Below are positions 15,788-18,859 of a stretch of 18,859 bases of DNA, one piece after another. This DNA comes from an archaeon (lineage in GTDB: Archaea > Iainarchaeota > Iainarchaeia > Iainarchaeales > Iainarchaeaceae). Below the pieces are notes generated by a model. The model was not told the DNA's origin. It saw nothing but the letters and a program-made list of their open reading frames with translations, and did not search any database. The translations under genes were made by a program, and so were the position numbers. Numbering within the stretch: position 1 is the first letter of the stretch; the number at the start of each line of letters is the position of its first letter. The stretch spans positions 1-18,859 of the forward strand of contig JBBSVV010000039.1 in NCBI GenBank assembly GCA_038046625.1, written 5' to 3'.

Positions 15788-16710
15788 TTTACCACGGCCC
15801 AATAATACAGGAAGTAAAACGGGAAGGCGAGTGCCCTCACAAAATTCAGCATGAGGAAAACAATGAGCTCCGTGCTGCTGGCTTCAACCCCCCTTAAAAG
15901 CGACGCCCAAAAAACCAGGTAGGCAAGCACTCCGCCCGGCACAAAAATGATGTTCGAAGAATAAAAACCGAAAACCGCCATTGCAAATGCAATCCATGAT
16001 GCGGCCACTTTTGCGAGGTCCGCCAGAAAACCTTTTCCGAGGAACTTTGCGTATTTTTCCGGCATTTTTTTGAAGAGCCTGACGTCCTCTTTCAGGAGCA
16101 GAAGCGTCTCAATAGGCCTCAACAGGCCTACTCTTCTTTGCGGGTGCAGAACCCTCGCCTTTTCACAGAAAACCACTTTCCCGAACTCCATTGCCCTGAA
16201 CGCAATATCAGTGTCCTCCCTGTAAAAATGGTAGCTTTCATCAAAACCACCGGCTCTTCGCAAAACACTTGCCCTGAAAGAGAGATTGCAGGTTGGGAAC
16301 AAGCCGCCTTTGAGGTTCACGGGCGCATTGGAGTAAACCTCCTTCTTTCCCTCAGTATAAGTGAGGCCCTCAACTCCGGCAATGCCGCCATCCTCCGCGA
16401 ATTTCATGAGTATTTCCTCAAGCCAGTTTTTGTTTGGAACACAATCATCATCCGTGAACGCTATTATCGGCGCCGAGGCCTTCTTTGCCCCGATGTTCCT
16501 CTTTCGTGCGGGGCTCTCCGTATCGGACCAAAAGCATGAGAACAGCCCTTTTGACTCTTTTGCCTTTTTTTCGCAAATCTCCCTGACCTTTTCGTCCCCG
16601 CCATAAACAATTATGCATTCGAACCCGCCTTTCAGCGACTGGTTTTCAATTGCGCGAATAGCATTTTCCAGCAGGTCAGGCCTGTTATAGGCAGGAATGA
16701 CCACGCTCAC
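15784..16710 (-). CDS. Glycosyltransferase family 2 with C-terminal TM segments
   Basis: Motifs SVVIPAYN, ARKRN.G, FTDDD (DxD), GGFDE and EDTD. GTG start in a GTGA overlap. Confidence 0.9.
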   Translation of the reverse strand: MSVVIPAYNRPDLLENAIRAIENQSLKGGFECIIVYGGDEKVREICEKKAKESKGLFSCFWSDTESPARKRNIGAKKASAPIIAFTDDDCVPNKNWLEEILMKFAEDGGIAGVEGLTYTEGKKEVYSNAPVNLKGGLFPTCNLSFRASVLRRAGGFDESYHFYREDTDIAFRAMEFGKVVFCEKARVLHPQRRVGLLRPIETLLLLKEDVRLFKKMPEKYAKFLGKGFLADLAKVAASWIAFAMAVFGFYSSNIIFVPGGVLAYLVFWASLLRGVEASSTELIVFLMLNFVRALAFPFYFLYYWAVVK

Positions 16711-17810
16711 TTTCGGGTTCGTAATACCGCCTCGTACACTTTCACGAGTTCCATTGCGCGTTCCCGCGGGTCAAATTTTTTGGCCGCCTCTATCGCCCTT
16801 TTCCTGGTTTTTTCCTTTTCGGAACGCATTACTTCCACGATTTTTTCCGCCGTTCCCGCGTGGTTTTCAAAATTCACGAGGAACCCGCTCTCATTGTCCT
16901 TAATGAAATTCCTGAATGACTCTATGTTGTTTACTATTGGTATGCATCCCGACGCCATTGCCTCGATTGTAGTGATGCCGAAGCTCTCGAACCCCGATGC
17001 GCTCACAAAAAAATCCGCCTTCGAATAATACTCCAACAGCTCTTTCTCGCCAAGCTTTCCGGTGAAGAGCACGCTCTTTCCAATGCCGAGCTTTTCAGCG
17101 ATGCCCTCCAAGCCGGCTTTTAAGCCTTCCCAGTCCTCGCCGATGATGCAAAGCCTGGCGGACGGTTCCATCTTCACTGCAATTGCAAAAGCCCCAAGCA
17201 GGTTTTCAACCATCTTGTTTTCCGAAAGCCTCCCCGCAAATATGAAAAGGTTTTTTTCTTTCCTGCCTTTGGGTGCCAGGAACCTGCCAATGTCCACGCC
17301 GAGTTCCACCATCACGAGGTTTTTCCAAACTATTTTCCTGAACAGGCTGTAATCGTTCCTGCTTATCGCTATGACCCTGTCGGCAAATTTCAGGATTATC
17401 CTCTGCAAAAAGTGGAAATAAAATTGTTTCAGGGCAAAAATGTTTTTTGTGTGGAAAACCCCGCCATAAGTTGAAACAACAACCGGTTTTTTGTGGAGCT
17501 GCTTTGTGAGCACGAGGAAGTCAGAGAAAAAACCGGTCCCGTCCACATGGATAATGTCATAGCCCTTCACAAAATCCAGGGCGCTTGGCGCAATCTTGTA
17601 GTACCTGAGGTCAGTGAAGGGAACCCTGAACACCATTATTTTTCCGAGCTTTTCCTCCTGCCCGAGTTTTTTCCCGTTCGGGCACTCCTCAAGCGTGACA
17701 ACATCGCATGTGTGGCCCAGCCTTATGAGTTCCTCGCACTGGAGCCTGACAGCCGACTCCAGGCCGCCGGTGCAGGGGTAAAAGCTGTTTACTGCATGCA
17801 GAATCCTCAT
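16707..17810 (-). CDS. Glycosyltransferase family 4
   Basis: Motifs MRILH...GGLE, GRLSENK and ESFGITTIEAMASG (EX7E). The real start is ATG 17810 (ATGA overlap with upstream stop, AAGGTG upstream). Confidence 0.9.
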   Translation of the reverse strand: MRILHAVNSFYPCTGGLESAVRLQCEELIRLGHTCDVVTLEECPNGKKLGQEEKLGKIMVFRVPFTDLRYYKIAPSALDFVKGYDIIHVDGTGFFSDFLVLTKQLHKKPVVVSTYGGVFHTKNIFALKQFYFHFLQRIILKFADRVIAISRNDYSLFRKIVWKNLVMVELGVDIGRFLAPKGRKEKNLFIFAGRLSENKMVENLLGAFAIAVKMEPSARLCIIGEDWEGLKAGLEGIAEKLGIGKSVLFTGKLGEKELLEYYSKADFFVSASGFESFGITTIEAMASGCIPIVNNIESFRNFIKDNESGFLVNFENHAGTAEKIVEVMRSEKEKTRKRAIEAAKKFDPRERAMELVKVYEAVLRTRK

Positions 17811-18805
17811 TTGGACACCTTGTGCCTGATGAAACCTGCGGGCAGCCCGAACATGAACGCGACAGTCCTCACCTGTATCATCACGAGAGTGAAAAGCGAC
17901 ACCAGAGGATCCTGCTTCGCCTTCCATGCCGAAACCAGTGTGTAAAATGTAGCGAGAACAGCGAGAACAACATTGATTGCAATCATAATAAACGCAAGGA
18001 AATCCAGGCCGGCGGCGTAAAGCACCGGAATAATCATGAAAACAGCCAGTCCGCTGTAGCCCGCCATTATTTGTATCTTTATGGAATTGGGCGTGTAAGA
18101 ATCGCTCACAATTTTGTCCCTGTGCTTGTCATAAAGCAAAACCCTGTAAAATGCGCGGTAAAACTTTGCCCTGAAATACTTCCACACGGAATCAGGGTGG
18201 ACATGGTAAACAACTGCCTTTGGGTTGAAAACAAGTTTTTTTCCTGCCTTATGCATTTTATAACTAAGCTCCGGATCCTCGCCGGAAGCCTTTGGGAAGC
18301 TTTCATCAAAACCTTTCACCTCAACAAAATCCTTTTTCCTGTAAGCGGCCGAATAACTCCCGATCCAGTCGAGGTTGGAGGCGTTTTTTTTCATGAGGCC
18401 ATACCTTTCCTCTATTTCTGCCTGTGCAAACCTTGCTGTCAAGGAAGTCTGCCTTGTTTTATATGCCCCCTGAACCCCTATAACCTCTTTGTCCTTGAAC
18501 GGGGCAAGCATTTCCTCCAACCAGTTTTTTTCAGGGGTGCAGTCGGCGTCAGTGAAAACAAGTATGCTGCCTTTCGCTTTTCGCGCCCCGAAGTTGCGTG
18601 CCTTTGCGGGCCCCGAATTTTTCTGTGAAAAAACTTTTGCGCCGGCTTTTTCCGCGAGCGCCGCGGTATCATCTTTAGAGCCGTCATCAACCACGATTAT
18701 TTCGTAACTTCCATTGAAATTCTGCTGTTTAAGCGACTTCACGCACCTTGTAATGCTGTTTTTGCTATTGTAAGCCGGAACAATAATGCTGGCCGTGGGA
18801 TCCAC
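17807..18805 (-). CDS. Glycosyltransferase family 2 with C-terminal TM segments
   Basis: Motifs SIIVPAYN, VDDGSKD, GPAKARN, FTDAD, GFDE and GED. GTG start preceded by AGGTGA. Confidence 0.9.
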   Translation of the reverse strand: MDPTASIIVPAYNSKNSITRCVKSLKQQNFNGSYEIIVVDDGSKDDTAALAEKAGAKVFSQKNSGPAKARNFGARKAKGSILVFTDADCTPEKNWLEEMLAPFKDKEVIGVQGAYKTRQTSLTARFAQAEIEERYGLMKKNASNLDWIGSYSAAYRKKDFVEVKGFDESFPKASGEDPELSYKMHKAGKKLVFNPKAVVYHVHPDSVWKYFRAKFYRAFYRVLLYDKHRDKIVSDSYTPNSIKIQIMAGYSGLAVFMIIPVLYAAGLDFLAFIMIAINVVLAVLATFYTLVSAWKAKQDPLVSLFTLVMIQVRTVAFMFGLPAGFIRHKVSK

Positions 18806-18859
18806 TCAGGTCACCTTTACCGCTTTCACAATCATCTGTTCCTGAAGGCCTTTCGGCAG
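18806..18859 (-). CDS. 3' end of an upstream gene, product unknown (truncated by window edge)
   Basis: Open frame LPKGLQEQMIVKAVKVT* whose TGA (18806-18808) directly abuts the GT2 start codon. Confidence 0.55.
   Translation of the reverse strand: MPKGLQEQMIVKAVKVT

Noticed and set aside
17811..17927. N-terminal extension of the 406-aa GT4 ORF
   Set aside because: It overlaps the GT2 gene; ATG 17810 gives a typical MRIL start with an ATGA overlap.
17822..18628. 268-aa + strand ORF
   Set aside because: It lies entirely antisense to a clear GT2 gene and has no recognisable motifs; a shadow ORF, like the other short overlapping ORFs in the track.

Overview
The window is a compact surface-glycosylation cluster, most likely from an archaeon. 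Evidence for that is TTATTAA TATA-like boxes 32-35 nt upstream of three start codons, GGTG(A)-type ribosome-binding motifs, overlapping stop/start codons and oligo-T tracts; a DPANN-type host is my inference only. It encodes RmlD and RmlC, a Gmd/Rmd-type SDR, two further NDP-sugar epimerase/reductases, an NDP-hexose C-methyltransferase, a Wzx-like flippase, four GT4 and two GT2 glycosyltransferases, and three large GT-C-like membrane proteins. The most unusual signal is non-coding: a family of TA-bounded, MITE-like palindromic elements occupies most of the larger intergenic gaps, including all three strand switches. Two full copies of about 141 bp (908-1049 and 14586-14726) have near-identical arms in the same orientation, but their ~60-bp three-hairpin core is inverted in one relative to the other. 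Solo or degenerate arms lie at about 1603, 4247, 7038 and 8796, and an unrelated perfect 15-bp inverted repeat abuts copy 1. No transposase or recombinase is encoded in the window.
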